A DNA stretch of 64,000 nt from Octopus vulgaris (Eukaryota): positions 44,702,001 to 44,766,000 of the forward strand of contig OX597815.1 in assembly GCA_951406725.2 (NCBI GenBank). The letters run 5' to 3'. The translations under genes and the position numbers were made by a program. Below are positions 27,006-40,700 of this stretch, in pieces. Every line of letters begins with the position of its first letter. Positions within the stretch are counted from its first letter, which is position 1. Under the pieces are notes generated by a model that searched no databases, was not told where the DNA came from, and saw only the letters and a program-made list of their open reading frames with translations.

Positions 27006-27728
27006 TGTATCTGCGGTAAATGACCAGAAGTTCTGGGAAACGAGAAATAAAGCTGCGTCAATAACAGCTTTAAAAAAATCTAAAACCATTTATCAAAATG
27101 ACATGAAATCAAATTAAATCTTCAGTACATATATAGCATTGGTTACGTTGTTTTCGTCCTAGAATTACTTTTCAAAGACCAATTGCACCGAAAATTCTAC
27201 ACTTAATTTATAATATAATTTTGCCGTTTGATTCTACACATTTTCATCTGAAGCCATTCCGAATTCATTTTCTGCTTCAGAAAGTTTTTCAGTTTCTTTA
27301 TTTCTTTCTTTATAATAGTTTATTTATTAATACGTTGTTAGTTTTGTTGGCTGTTACTTAAAGGAATAGAGTCAAAGTCACGAGTTTAATAAATTGCTTC
27401 ATAGCTTTTGATCTTCAACATTATTTTCATGTTTTCTTCTAATTTTTTATTTATTTTCATGTTACGTTCAGTGATACGTGTTTATGATGCACATGTTTAG
27501 ATTGAATGAATGTGGTCATTAAGCTTTTACTTTTATATTATACTATGGAAGACTTTAAGGAATAAAATGTATAATTTAAAGGTTTGGTTTCTGTTTAGTT
27601 ACATATTTAGGAGTCGGTTATTGATTTACTTATTGAATTTATTTACCGATACTGTTGTACATAGGGTAAATGTGTTTGAAAGTTGTAGTTTATTTGGTAT
27701 GCTTGTTCCCAAACAACATTTATTTTAG

Positions 27729-27809
27729 TGCTGTTGACACCGCCAGATTGAATGGTAATGTCCAGGTATCGAAACCACAATGATATCCGTGGGGCAGCTA
27801 ATGATGGAG
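27729..27809 (+). CDS. Candidate exon (possible first coding exon, MVMSRYRNHNDIRGAANDG from 27752)
   Basis: ttttattttag acceptor and GAG|gtatgt donor. The frame is open from the ATG at 27752 to the donor (phase 1). No homology recognised. Confidence 0.2.
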
Positions 27810-27849
27810 GTATGTTGGATTGAGGGTATGGCTGTTTTTATATATATGG

Positions 27850-28118
27850 ATATGGCCGCAGTCAAATGACTGAAACAAATAAAAGAGTAAAAGAGTATAC
27901 ATTTATATATATATATATATATATACATTGGTGTAGGAGTGGCTGTGTGGTAAGTAGCTAGCTTATGAACCACATGGTTCTGGATTCAGTTCCACTGCGT
28001 GGCACCTTGAGCAAGTGTCTTCTACTATAGCCTCGGACTGACCAAAGCCTTGTGAGTGGATTTGGTAGACGGAAACTGAAAGAAGCCCGTCGTATATATG
28101 TATATATATATACATACA

Positions 28119-28150
<32 letters not shown>

Positions 28151-28171
28151 CACACACACACACATATATAT

Positions 28172-28204
<33 letters not shown>

Positions 28205-28292
28205 TGTGTGTCTGAATATGTTTGTATGTCTATGTTTGTCCCCGCCAAATCGCTTGACAATCGATGCTGGTGTGTTTACATCCCCCGTAACG
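27850..28292 (+). mobile_element. SINE family B 3' tail followed by a 3'-truncated family B copy
   Basis: atggccgcagtcaaatgactgaaacaaataaaagag, then aggagtggctgtgtggtaagtagc...gaagcccgtcg(TA)n...catcccccgtaac. Confidence 0.82.
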
Positions 28293-29324
28293 TGTGTGTG
28301 TGTGCGTACAACGGACGTTCCGATTTTTCAAGGGAAACAAACCAATTAAGCTCATGTTAGGTTACCATAATGTAGAACTCAAAATGAAGTACGCAACTAA
28401 TTTATACTCTACGCACACACACGTGCGAACCAACGACGAAGATCTCACATGATTACTTGGCCGGGTAGAAATATCTACAAATATTCTTCAAAGTAATACT
28501 CTACTTCCGTGAAACAAAAAGTTGTGCAAGGATAAACCGGAAGTTAAACAACAGCTTGGTACACTGGCACATACATATTAATAGATATAAGTAAAAATAT
28601 TTTCGTCTGTATACGTGTGTGTGTGTGTGTGTGAGTGTGAACGTCTGCGTGTGTGTGTACGTCTGTGTGTGTGTGTGTTTGTGTGTATGCACGCCTGTTT
28701 TTCTGAATATGTGTGTAAGCGTGCATGTATATATATATATATATATACACACACATATATGTGTACACACACAAACATATATGTGTGTGTGCGTGTATGT
28801 GCGTGCGTGTATGTGTGTGTGTGTATGTGTATATATATAATACAGACACCTACGCACATGCTCACGCTTATAAGTGTATGCGTGCTTATATGGCATGCGT
28901 GCGTGCGTGTGTGTGGGGAGGTTTGGTTTTGGATGGTGTGGGTATGCGCGCTTGTTGTTAAAGCTGAAACCAATAAATGAAAGAAGAAAACTAGCATTCA
29001 TTTAGCATAAACAATAAATGACATTTATTATAAAGTTACTTGTAAAATGGCGTCGTGTTGACAGAAAAGGAACTGCATAAAGCGCCATCAAAAAGATGAA
29101 AAAAAACGTTTACTTTGAACCAAGTCGGTACATTCAGTGATCGTAAACGTTGTACAGTAACATTGAAGTAAGTTTAAAAAGTGCGCCTGTATAATTAGTT
29201 GCAGGTAACCAAAATCTTGTCAGCGTTTACATATGAAGCCGCCTGCTAACACAGTCGCTAACACATGGACAGGAAAGAGAAAAAAAAACACTAATGCTTA
29301 CGAACGAATATGAAATTTATTGAT

Positions 29325-29542
29325 TTCATATTTTGGCACAAGGCCAGAAATATCGGGGGGGAAGGAGCTAAGTCGATTACATCGACCCAACTACTCCAGT
29401 AGTACTTATATTATTGACTTCCGAAAGGCTGAAAGGCAAAGTCGACCTCGGCATCATTTGAACTCAGGACCTGAAGACGGACGAAATTCCGCTAAGGATT
29501 TTGCCCGAGGTGCTAACGATTCTGCTGGATCGCCGCCTTAAA
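29325..29542 (-). mobile_element. SINE family A, full length
   Basis: tttggcacaaggccag...aaaggcaaagtcgacctcggc...ttgaactcag...tgctaacgattctgctggatcgccgcctt. Confidence 0.85.
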
Positions 29543-30001
29543 GAATATGCAATTTATTAAGCTACATAACGTGTGATATTATAGAAAAATGTTAGATTTA
29601 ATTTTCTGTGATTCGTCCCCACAGTTCTAACTATGCATGCAATTCTCGTGTCCGTTAAAACAAAAAACGCCACTGTAAAGTCATAATTTTCGCTAGAAAA
29701 GAGTCACCTTTTATTTCAATACTATGAAAACTTAAAGTAATAAAACAAAATCATATTTTAATCAGTTATCAACTGAGAGATCACGTCCTGTACACAGTTT
29801 ATCTATGATGGCATTACGTATATCTGGAGAAATAAATAACCTTTTATTCTTATTTCTTAAATAAAGTAAGGCAATGAAACAAAATATGTCAGTCATTTAT
29901 TGACAATACATGGCATGCACAGTTTGAAAACACCTTATGGAGTTTCGTGGCATTGTATGTATATTTAGTATTTTTAATGTTGATGACTAAGAATATTCCA
30001 G

Positions 30002-30111
30002 CTGATGTCAAGAAGAAACTCGGCTACAGTCTTGCGGTTCTCCCATCGAGCAACACAAGTTATGAAGGCGTTCTTGCAACTGCACATTGCGTCGAGGAAA
30101 TGTTCTTTGAG
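30002..30111 (+). CDS. Candidate internal exon ((A)DVKKKLGYSLAVLPSSNTSYEGVLATAHCVEEMFFE)
   Basis: Branch-like tgactaag, ttccag acceptor and GAG|gtaggt donor. GC content is above the flanks, the frame is open, and it is phase-compatible with 27729-27809. No homology recognised. Confidence 0.25.
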
Positions 30112-30570
30112 GTAGGTTACTTACAGCATCCTGCGGGATGATTGAACTCATTGTCGCTTCTTCACGCTTCTTTTTTTTCAGTAACTTGTTTTTCATGTTG
30201 CTTTTCCAAATGCCAGTAAGGAGAGTTCTGACATTTGGCTAAACAGTGAGTGAATTATGAGAGGTTTTCATATAAATTAATTCTACCTACAAGTTGTGCA
30301 TCGTACGTAAGTGCAATGTAATGGAAAGAGGTGAACTGGTTTAAAAGTCTTTTGATGTATTCATTGGACTGAATAAACGAAAGCAACACCGGAGTGTAGA
30401 TGCGAAGCCATCATGAATTTTATCCATCTGCTACATTGCATTTTCTATCTTAAATCACAAACAAATAGAACGAATGTTTTCGTAGGTGAACTCATATCAC
30501 GTTATCACCTATCTGAACGTCACCTACTCATTAAACAAAAGTTATTGAAGTGCGAGTGCGCACGCGTATA

Positions 30571-30601
<31 letters not shown>

Positions 30602-30866
30602 GTGTGTGTGTGTATGTGTGTTTGAGCGAGCGTGCACGTATGTATACATGAGTGCATGTATGTTAGCATTTTGGGTAATACAATTTCAAATAACGTAATA
30701 AGGTACAGTACATACAATTAGTGCTAAGATAGAATTCGTGCTTAAACTTCGACTTTAAACGCAGAAACGTGGTAGTTGACTTATTGAGAACACACAGTAG
30801 GCAATGTGTCCTTCAAGCTAGTACATGTATAATAGAATAAAAGAATAGACAGGCAAAATCCAGGTA

Positions 30867-31018
30867 TCACCAGCACCGGTAGATAGCACAACAGCATGCC
30901 GTGATTTTACCGTTAATTGCGAAATATCAGCAGTAACCAGCCAGGCGGCTACGGCTGATGATCCGCAATTAACGGTAAAATTATGTGTTACAGTAGCGCC
31001 ATCCACCGGTACTGGTGA
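30867..31018. mobile_element. Palindromic MITE-like hairpin of about 150 bp
   Basis: tcaccagcaccggtagat...attttaccgttaattgcg..atcagcagtaacc / ggctacggctgat..cgcaattaacggtaaaat...atccaccggtactggtga. Confidence 0.75.
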
Positions 31019-31160
31019 AAATTACGTCTGCCGATATAGTCGATACTTTTTTGTAATTGTCGTCAACAAGCCATGATTTCTCGGGAGGTTCAACGCAGTC
31101 CAAGACGTTCTAAACAATACATCCAATTTAAGTTGAGTGCATGAATTAATATTCGTTAAT

Positions 31161-31458
31161 AGCCTTTCCGAAATATAACAATATCTGTTTCAACGCACGG
31201 TCTTACATCAGGAATCCTGCAACACAGATTCATAAACGTATATATTACGTTTATGAATTTGTGTTGCAAACCGTGCGTTGAAACATATTGTTATATTTCG
31301 GGAAGGTTAATTTTTATCTTTTTTGGCAAATAAACACACACACAACATATTCATTCTTCAGTCGTTTCTTATTGTTCTTATTTCATCTTATGTCCATTAT
31401 CCAGAAATCTTTCGTTACACATCTTTCTGTCCACGTGTGTCCTCTTGCTCTGCTTAAT

Positions 31459-31460
<2 letters not shown>
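31161..31460 (+). mobile_element. PLE pLTR-like fragment with a fold-back 5' end (inverted repeat 31161-31308)
   Basis: agcctttccgaaatataacaatat.tgtttcaacgcacgg...tgcaacacagattcataaacgta-tatat-tacgtttatgaatttgtgttgca..ccgtgcgttgaaacatattgttatatttcgggaaggtt. The left arm carries cctgatgtaag...cgttgaaac on the minus strand. Confidence 0.55.
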
Positions 31461-31523
<63 letters not shown>

Positions 31524-32504
31524 ATTATATTATATATATATCCTTCGGGTTCGAAGATGACCACTGACATCATTGGTGGAACTGCCGCTATGTTTATATA
31601 TTACATTTCTAAATCTCTCAGAGAGAGTTATGCAGTAACAGCACGATAAAGTGATGGTCTGTTGCCAACTTAATGTGACAGTCCCAGGAAAGTGAAGAAT
31701 GTTACTGTTTTTAACCCCAAGAAACACCGTTTCTAGTTGGCTACGTGACACAAGCGTTCTGTGTCCTTAAGCTTATATATTTCTGCATCGCGAATAGTAT
31801 CTAGTAGCATATAAAATAGGCATTTCAACTGCATTATTTCTAAAAGGGCCACTCCACTTAAAGAGTGATCTATAATCACGCCAAATGCGTTTGTTTTTGT
31901 ATTTGGTCTGGGGAGATTTTGCTCTTGTTTGTTTTTGATTTTTGTTTTTGTTTTTTTTTTCTTTTACTTAAATTTCTTGAGGACATGTTACTGTGTTACT
32001 ATGTATCATTAGTCTAGTCAGCCATTTTATCATGGGTAGAATTTTCGTTAAATAGGTTGGAAAAAAATGTTGACATTCTTTGAAAACATATGCAGTAGTT
32101 TTTTTACATGAGTTTCTAGCGGCCTACAGGCAGGAAGATAAACATTGTCGTCTATTCAGAAAGAAGTTGTTAAGCTTTAAAGAAAATTTTCAAGAAATAA
32201 AAATAGTAATCTAAAATAGAATTGTACAATCAAACTATAAATCAAGAATAAGAAAGATACATTGAATACAAATTGAAAAGTAGGAACTTTTTGAAGTAAT
32301 GGAAGTTTTATTATAACAAGCGATTCTTTAAGAGCTAGTATAATTTTGAAACCATATTAGAGCTCAGAATTCATAAGAATGTGTTGCGATTCTAAATAGA
32401 CCGTTTGTAAATAGTACAGATTACTTACCAAAGCAGAAATTCAATCACTGTAGAAATGATGTATAAACTATTCAAATCGCTTGTTATGCAAATATTACTG
32501 ATAT

Positions 32505-32666
32505 AGGCGCAGGCGTGGCTGTGTGGTAAGACGTTCGCTTGTCAAACACATATTTTCGAGTTCAGTACCACTGCATAGCACCTTGAGCTAGTGTCTTTAT
32601 AATATCCTTGAGCTGACCAACAACTTGAGAGTTGATTTGTTAGACTGAAACTGAAAGAAGCTCGTC

Positions 32667-32701
<35 letters not shown>

Positions 32702-32930
32702 GTGTTCGTGTGTGTGTGTTTGCTTGTTTGTGCATGTATTTGCTTGACAACTGACATTGGCGTTTACGTTCCTGTAACTTAGCGGTTTTCCAAAAGGGAC
32801 CGATGATTACGTAGCAGGTATTAAAGAAAATAATAAGTACTCGGGGCGATTCGTTTGACTAAAGTTTTTCAAGGTGTTACCACAGCATGACCGCAGTCTA
32901 ATGACTGAAGCAAGAAAGAGATGAAAGATA
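32505..32930 (+). mobile_element. Full-length SINE family B
   Basis: ggcgcaggcgtggctgtgtggtaag...gaagctcgtcg(TA)n...cagcatgaccgcagtctaatgactgaagcaagaaagag. Confidence 0.82.
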
Positions 32931-33684
32931 AATTATTTTATCGAGCCCTTGAAGTAAAATGTCCAATAGTTGATTTGAACTTTAAACCAAACTCAGTTCA
33001 CTGATTGTAAAAGTTTTTATTCATCACAGACGATGACTGTCACAATATGTTGTATTCACATATGTATGAAACCTCACAGAAACTGAAAAACTCCTTTCTT
33101 TATCAAGTGTAATCAAAACTTGTCCGCGGAACATATCTTGACGTCCACTACAGAAGTAACATTTCGGCAAAGTGTATATGTGACTGTATGGATAAAAAAT
33201 AATTACAGACTCAGCGTGCGGGATGTTTAACAGAGAGGTAGGAATTATTATTTACTTCTGGCTAAAGGAAAATTTATCAACATCAGAGTCCGTAGATCAC
33301 TGACAAATTCAGATCATGGAGCCACAAAATGGCAAGTCGTAGCTAACATATCGGAAGCCCTGCGTACCACCGTCACGGCAATCAGTGCAGGTTATGAATG
33401 AGTCAGATAATTACTATCCAAAAATCTTCGTTGAGCTATGAATGGCACACTCCACTTTATATTCTCAAGACAACAATAACTCTCTTTATTCAGACACCAA
33501 TGCAGCATCATATGCACCCGCTGTACGGGAAATTCTAAACCATTAAAGACAAGTTTCTACATCTTCCCGAAGGTCCAGAATGACAATATCTTCTGTCTTT
33601 CTCTGTGAGAGGAACCATCTCAGCTAATCCCGTCAGTGAACTGTCAAAATAAGATAATGATTATATCACTAGCCGTATTGAATC

Positions 33685-34009
33685 CAGCGCTGGATTAACC
33701 ATTAAGCAAAATTAGCACGTGTTTAGGGTGTGTAATGTCTTATCTCATCTAAGTATAGAAGCGTAAGTTTAACGTAAATTTAATTTTAACGGTATCATCA
33801 AAGACTTGTCCGCGGAACATTTCTTGACGTCCACTACAAGGAATACACATTATTTTCCGTCTTACTGTTAATTTTGTTACATTTTGAAAAATAAAGATTT
33901 ATTTTATGGTTTATTATAGTTTACATTTTGAACCATTTACGTATACTTAAGAGCACAAAAACCTTTTAAGTGCTCAGGTAGGGCTTCTATGGGCCTTAAT
34001 TTGGCCCTG
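33685..34009. mobile_element. hAT-like MITE (CAGGGCCGG-type TIRs, 8-bp TSD)
   Basis: TIRs cagcgctggattaa / ttaatttggccctg; flanks attgaatc (33677-33684) and tttgaatc (34010-34017). Confidence 0.6.
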
Positions 34010-34187
34010 TTTGAATCCACAGTACACATGCTTCAACTGAGTTGATTCGGACATATAGTACACAAAGTTGACTCCGATCACGCCCCACAACATCTTCTTT
34101 GTCCTGCTACATTGAAAAACTAGAGTGACGTCAGCCTATCATCATCGCAAGATATTGTTTTAATGGTCTGACTATTGAAGTGGATTA

Positions 34188-34330
34188 CGGAATAGAGCTG
34201 GAGGTAGGGGCGGTCCGCCCCAGGCGGCACTTTTCGGTTTGCTGTAGGCAATATGTGTTTTTTTGAAGGGTCCGGGGCCGGCAAACGGAAGGGCCGCCCC
34301 GGATGGCACACATTCTAGCTACGCTAGTGG
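34188..34330. mobile_element. GC-rich MITE remnant
   Basis: GC island with ggggcggtccgccccaggcggca and ggccgccccggatggca sub-repeats, ending in ctagctacgctagtg. Confidence 0.45.
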
Positions 34331-34854
34331 CATGAAGGGGAATCTTACAATCAGCAGAAACGAAAACAAGAGTCTCACATATAGAGTTAGATGTACGTCT
34401 CCAACTAAATATTTTTTATAACTTGTCTACGATTGGACACTGATAAAGTGTCGGAATGTAGTCATGAAATGAAACACAAAAGTAGAAGCTGATTGTTAGA
34501 CGAAGCTGATGTGGACGACCATTAATAATCGATGGAATCAAGAATAACTATGTGGTTAAATTGTTCCTTTGTTCCAAAGGACATGGATCCGCTTTCAATA
34601 CCTCTGCATAATACACTAGATAAGTGTTTTACCATTGACTTTGTTTGACCAAAGCAAAGACCTCGGATAGACGAAACTCTAAGTGAAAGTTATATAACGC
34701 ATTATACTTATAATTCAAATGACAAGTTGTGGTTAATTGCGTGACACTTAGTTTCGCCAGCCACTGATAATATAATTCATTAAGCAAGTACGTACTTCAG
34801 ATAATTGATTGAACTAAAAAAAACCTACACGTCGTCAGTACTGATAGATTTATC

Positions 34855-35685
34855 TTTTTATCTTTTATCTTTTACTTGATTCAGTCATTGGGCTGCTGTC
34901 ATGCTGGGGCACGGCCTTAAAGGGTTGTAGTCGAATGGATCGACCTCAGTAGTTATTTTTAAAGCCTGGTACGGATCTTTTCGGTTTGAACGGCAGTTTT
35001 TTCTAGCGGTGTCATATGAAATTGTCACCCATAATTATGACCCTAGTATCGATCTATTGCATTTCAATCTGTTTTAGGGTTAGGGTTAGTTAGGGTTAGC
35101 TAGGGTTAGGGTTGGGTGGAAAGGTATCTTTTTTTCTTCACAAATGTAAATAAACCCAATCTGTTTCTTAAACGAGGGACATATTCATACGGCACAGCAT
35201 GTTTTTTTTACATCAACAGACGTCATTGATTGGTTGAAATTGCAGAAATTGAAGAAAAAAACAACAAATATCTTACAAACTATAGAATTTTCTCAATAAA
35301 GCCAAGAGAAAAAGATGTTCTATAAACACATTCTACCAGTATACGAAGTTTAAAAGTGTTTAGGTACGTGGAAATTATTTTAAAAAACTGCCGTTCAAAT
35401 CGAAAATATCCCCTGGTACTTATTCTATCGGTCTCTGATGCCTAAATACTAAGTTTCAGGGACGGAAACAAACTAAGATCAGTTGTCAAATAATGGGAAG
35501 GATGAACACATACACAAAGACAAATCCTCTCCCCACACACACATATACCTATGCATGTAACGTATGTATCTATGTATCTTTGCGTGTATACACGACAGGC
35601 TTCTTTCAGTTTCCGTCTAACTAATCCACTCACAAGGTTTTGCGCCACTTAGGGCTTTAGTAGAGGACACTTGCCCACGGCGCCA
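34855..35685 (-). mobile_element. SINE family B copy interrupted by a TIR element
   Basis: Tail ttcagtcattgggctgctgtcatgctggggcacggcc at the left; the SINE resumes after 35411 with cctggtacttattctatcgg...gacaggcttctttcagtttccgtc...gacacttgccca. Confidence 0.82.
34973..35411. mobile_element. Non-autonomous TIR element (Merlin-like: GG-starting TIRs of about 30 bp, 8-bp TSD) containing telomeric TTAGGG repeats
   Basis: TIRs ggatcttttcggtttgaacggcagtttttt / aaaaaactgccgttcaaatcgaaaatatcc. Exact TSD cctggtac at 34965-34972 and 35412-35419. TTAGGG cluster at 35074-35116. Confidence 0.85.
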
Positions 35686-35867
35686 GTCCATATGCTTTAT
35701 CTACTTCCAATATTTACTTCCTGTCTGTTAATTGTGAGATGTTTCGAATTTTGTTGTTGAACATTGACGTTGGCAAATCTCTGAGAAATACTAGCAAAAT
35801 GAACGCAACGCAACGCAAGAAAAACATTATCGCCATCACCAGTATTATCATCACAAAGAACTGAAAT

Positions 35868-36901
<1,034 letters not shown>

Positions 36902-37418
36902 CTTCACAGATCTAAATGTTTGTGCAGGTGTGCTTTAATTTGTATTGGAGTTTCGCTTTCTTTCGTTCTTTCTTTCTTTCTTTCTTTCTTTTCATTGGGT
37001 TCTCTATCTTGTGGTATTTGACAGTAGAGTTATTTCTATGATTGCTTAGTAGAAGAATGTATGTCGTTGCCTTTCATTGCTATTGTTGTTGTTTTTGTTT
37101 TTCTTGGGTGGTGGTGGTGGTGGGGACAGGTTTCAATGTATTGGCCTCACTATTATTTCATTTCTTTTCTTTATTCTCTTCTTAAAATAAAATTATTTTT
37201 GAATAAATAAAAGAACACAAGAGAGAAGGAGAGAGAAAAAAGAACACTTCCTTCACCCTCACCCTCCCAACACCCCTAATAAGAATAAAAAACAGAGAAA
37301 AGAAAAAAATTAGGCACGTCAAAATTTTCTCTGAGAATGAAAGATACAAAAATTAAGGGAAAGAGAAAAAAAACACAAAAGTTTTGAAAACAAGATGGTT
37401 GCTATTTATTTCTAACTA

Positions 37419-37580
37419 TACGAGGGGTTGCTGAAAAGTTCCTGGCTTTAAGGGTTTCGAGAAAGGCCTGGTTGGAGGCCCAAGTGTGTGAATCTGAAAA
37501 AGGAATATGTTGAATAAAATTATAATTAATTGATCCTGCTGATTTTCTTTTACCTAAAGCCAGGAACTTTTCAGCAGACA
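37419..37580 (+). mobile_element. Mariner-derived MITE
   Basis: TIR cores ctgaaaagttcctggcttta / taaagccaggaacttttcag, starting tacgagggg. Confidence 0.75.
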
Positions 37581-37586
37581 TTCATT

Positions 37587-37725
<139 letters not shown>

Positions 37726-37736
37726 ACACACACACA

Positions 37737-40700
37737 CTAGCTGAATGACCCGGCGTTGCCAGGCTTACTGCTGTTCTTAATCGGATTAGTAAACAATAAA
37801 TATAAAGATGTATTCACATAATTATTTCAAAATATTTATATTTTATTTTTTTAAATATCCAAAAGCGTAATGATAATAGAATTTAGAGCTGAAAATCTGT
37901 CAATATTGAAGCACCTCGGGGTAAACAATATTCATTGTGTAATTTTTTCGTTGGTGCTGAAATGAATAAATTGTTGCTATTTCCAACTACCGAGCAAGCA
38001 GCATAGAGAGATCAAATTCAACTACCTTGAGGGATTGACCCTAAGATTTATTAATTGAAATACCAAAACTTAGTTTGACTGGTAACTGAAGCAACTTAAA
38101 TCCAAATGGAACATCTGTAGGTATCAGAGGAACTTTTGGAATAAGGACATTTTCTCCTTTGTGACTACCTGTTATGACTGTTGCCTGTAGGACATGGAGC
38201 TTCATGGAAGTAACAATTAAGCGAATTCCATTACACAGGTGAGATGGGTGAAGATTCCTAAGCAACATAATGGGAGCACCCAGTTTTAGTGTCAAGTTAT
38301 GAGGTGACATTCCAGTGGGTTTAAGTGCGTTCAGTAATTCAACAGGGTATTGAACAACCTGATTTTGATCTACTGTTGTCAATTGATCGAAAAGTCATTT
38401 CTGATGTATCTGTTAACTTTTAAAGAAGTTTATAATTGAGTTTATCAACAATTTCATTAGCTGGCGCTAGTATAACTGTTTCATACAGCCAGTTTACATC
38501 AGTGTAATTGACAGATAAATTAGGAAATACTTTATCCACAAGATCCCTAGGAGAAAGTATCATTTGACCGCATGCAATTTCATGTAGCTGAAGTCTTGGG
38601 CTGAATGTTAAAATCCCATTACCAATCTTAAAAAGTTCGTATGATCACCTTGTAGAAGTACTCTGATGTTGCTTGTAACATGAAGGTTTTGCAAGTCTCC
38701 AAAGATAAGTTTTTTAAAGCATGCATTAATCTAATCAGCTTTTGATCTTTTGGGGATAAATGGCGACGTTTGATGAAAATCTCATGCAAGAAGAACTGTT
38801 ACTCCTCCCACGAACGTGCTATTCTGTTTTATGTCTTGGGTACGGTCAAATGCCTCTGGAGCTCTACGATGTAGCAATGCACTCTTCCCAAACAATGACA
38901 CAACTTTGTTGGAGAACTGTTACTATTACAGAGTTTCTGGAAATGTTGCACATTTGAGATTCATTCATCGCAAGGTTTAGAGGGAGCTTGAACATGAAAT
39001 GAGCAGTTCTTTCCTCATTGAGGAGGGTAGCTACAATACCAGAAGATGTAACAATGGAAGATTTTATTTTCTCCCATTTAGGATTGTAGGTGAAACTTAC
39101 AAAAAGATCTGGTTTTCCATATGTCCTGACATATTCCATAGCATCTTGCGTTCTTCGTGCACATATCGAAGACCACCTGTAAATGACGATGGGAGAATTA
39201 TATGTTGCCCCATGTTTTGAATATCACCATCTGTCCTCAGAGCATCTTGGAGATGAACATCATTTTAGTCAACTATTTTTTATTGTTATGAATATAGAAG
39301 AGACGCTAACTCTCAACTTTAGCATACATATCAAGTAGGCATTGCTGAAATACATCACGGTACATTTGTAATTGATTTGATTGTTCTGGTCTTAACCTCA
39401 GTTGGTAAGAATAAAAGTCATTTGACGAAACCTTTTTTTGTTTGTAATTTGCTCTCCTGTTGCAGGTTTTATCTGTGGAAAATCGAAATGATATCCACCT
39501 TATCCATTCCACAGAATAAGAGGATACTGGAGAGCATCATAAAAGGGATGAGCTTCTGAAACACGTTTATGGATGTTATCATGAATGAGAATATCATGAT
39601 TTTCATGGGGATCACCTACTATAAGGGTGGCTATTTCATTAGATGTAGGATCATTAAAACGGCGTAAAATGTCCTTTATTATAGCTTACTATAAACATGA
39701 CGAACGCGGAAGCACAGACACATAGACACTCATAGAATTGATAATATTGAAAACAGCAAAACGTGCACACATGAAGTTCAAGCGAAACGAAATGTAGTCA
39801 ATATAGGTGCAAAATCTACTTTCTGTAGCATACTTATGCTATTACAAATTTTTTAGGGAATATTTCCAAAAGAAATATTCCAGCGTTGGAAAGTCACCAA
39901 TTTAGCAAAATTACTATACGTCACCAATGTAACAAAATAAAGAAAGTTAACATTTATTTGGAATATGTATTAAATGTTATAAACTTCAGGATTGAAAGTC
40001 ACTGTTAAGAAAGTCAAGCTCTAAGAAAATTCAGAAGGCATAATTCAATTTTTCATGCAAAAATAATTTACTATTTTACAAATTTAAACGAACACTGAAC
40101 AACGTATATACAAAGGAATATGTTGCTGTTTGGAACGTTAATTAATGGGAAACATTTGCTGAAGGATGTATGTAGCAAGAGATAAATTAATTTGACATCA
40201 CTTACTATATAATTCAAGTGTGTAAGTTTATTGGTTGTAGAATGAATATTGACCAACGCATTAAAAAGGTTGTGCTGTGTTAAATACTCACATTGATAAA
40301 GCAGCATAGCAGGAATACGATAAGGACACCAGGATTGTTTTAAAAAAAGCATTATCTTCAAACTGGAATAACGTTTCTGTAATTATATTGAAAGAGCCTC
40401 TATGGCTTTCTACTTCGGCAAGTTTCCGAATTTGTTATAATAACCAGAATAACATTTTCAGATATATTTGCGAGTGCTGTGAGTGTTTGTTATAAAAACC
40501 AGAATAATATTTCAGCTCATAAGTAGTGATAAACGTTAATGCTGTTTAAACCGCAACTCTTGATGATGGAAAGGAAAACCCAAAGTCGTACTTTAAAGTG
40601 AACGCTGTTGTTCGTTCAACGTCCAGGCCGCAACTAAACTAAGCTCTTTCAAAATCGGGCGTTTCACTGTTGGACAGTACAGTCACTTACATACTAAGAC

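Noticed and set aside
29044-29056. YY1-like AAAATGGCG motif suggesting a promoter
   Set aside because: A single short motif without other support; expected by chance.
29468-29492. CTGAAGA-CGGAC-GAAA hammerhead-like string
   Set aside because: No stem II or stem I pairing; it is a mutated part of a family A SINE on the opposite strand.
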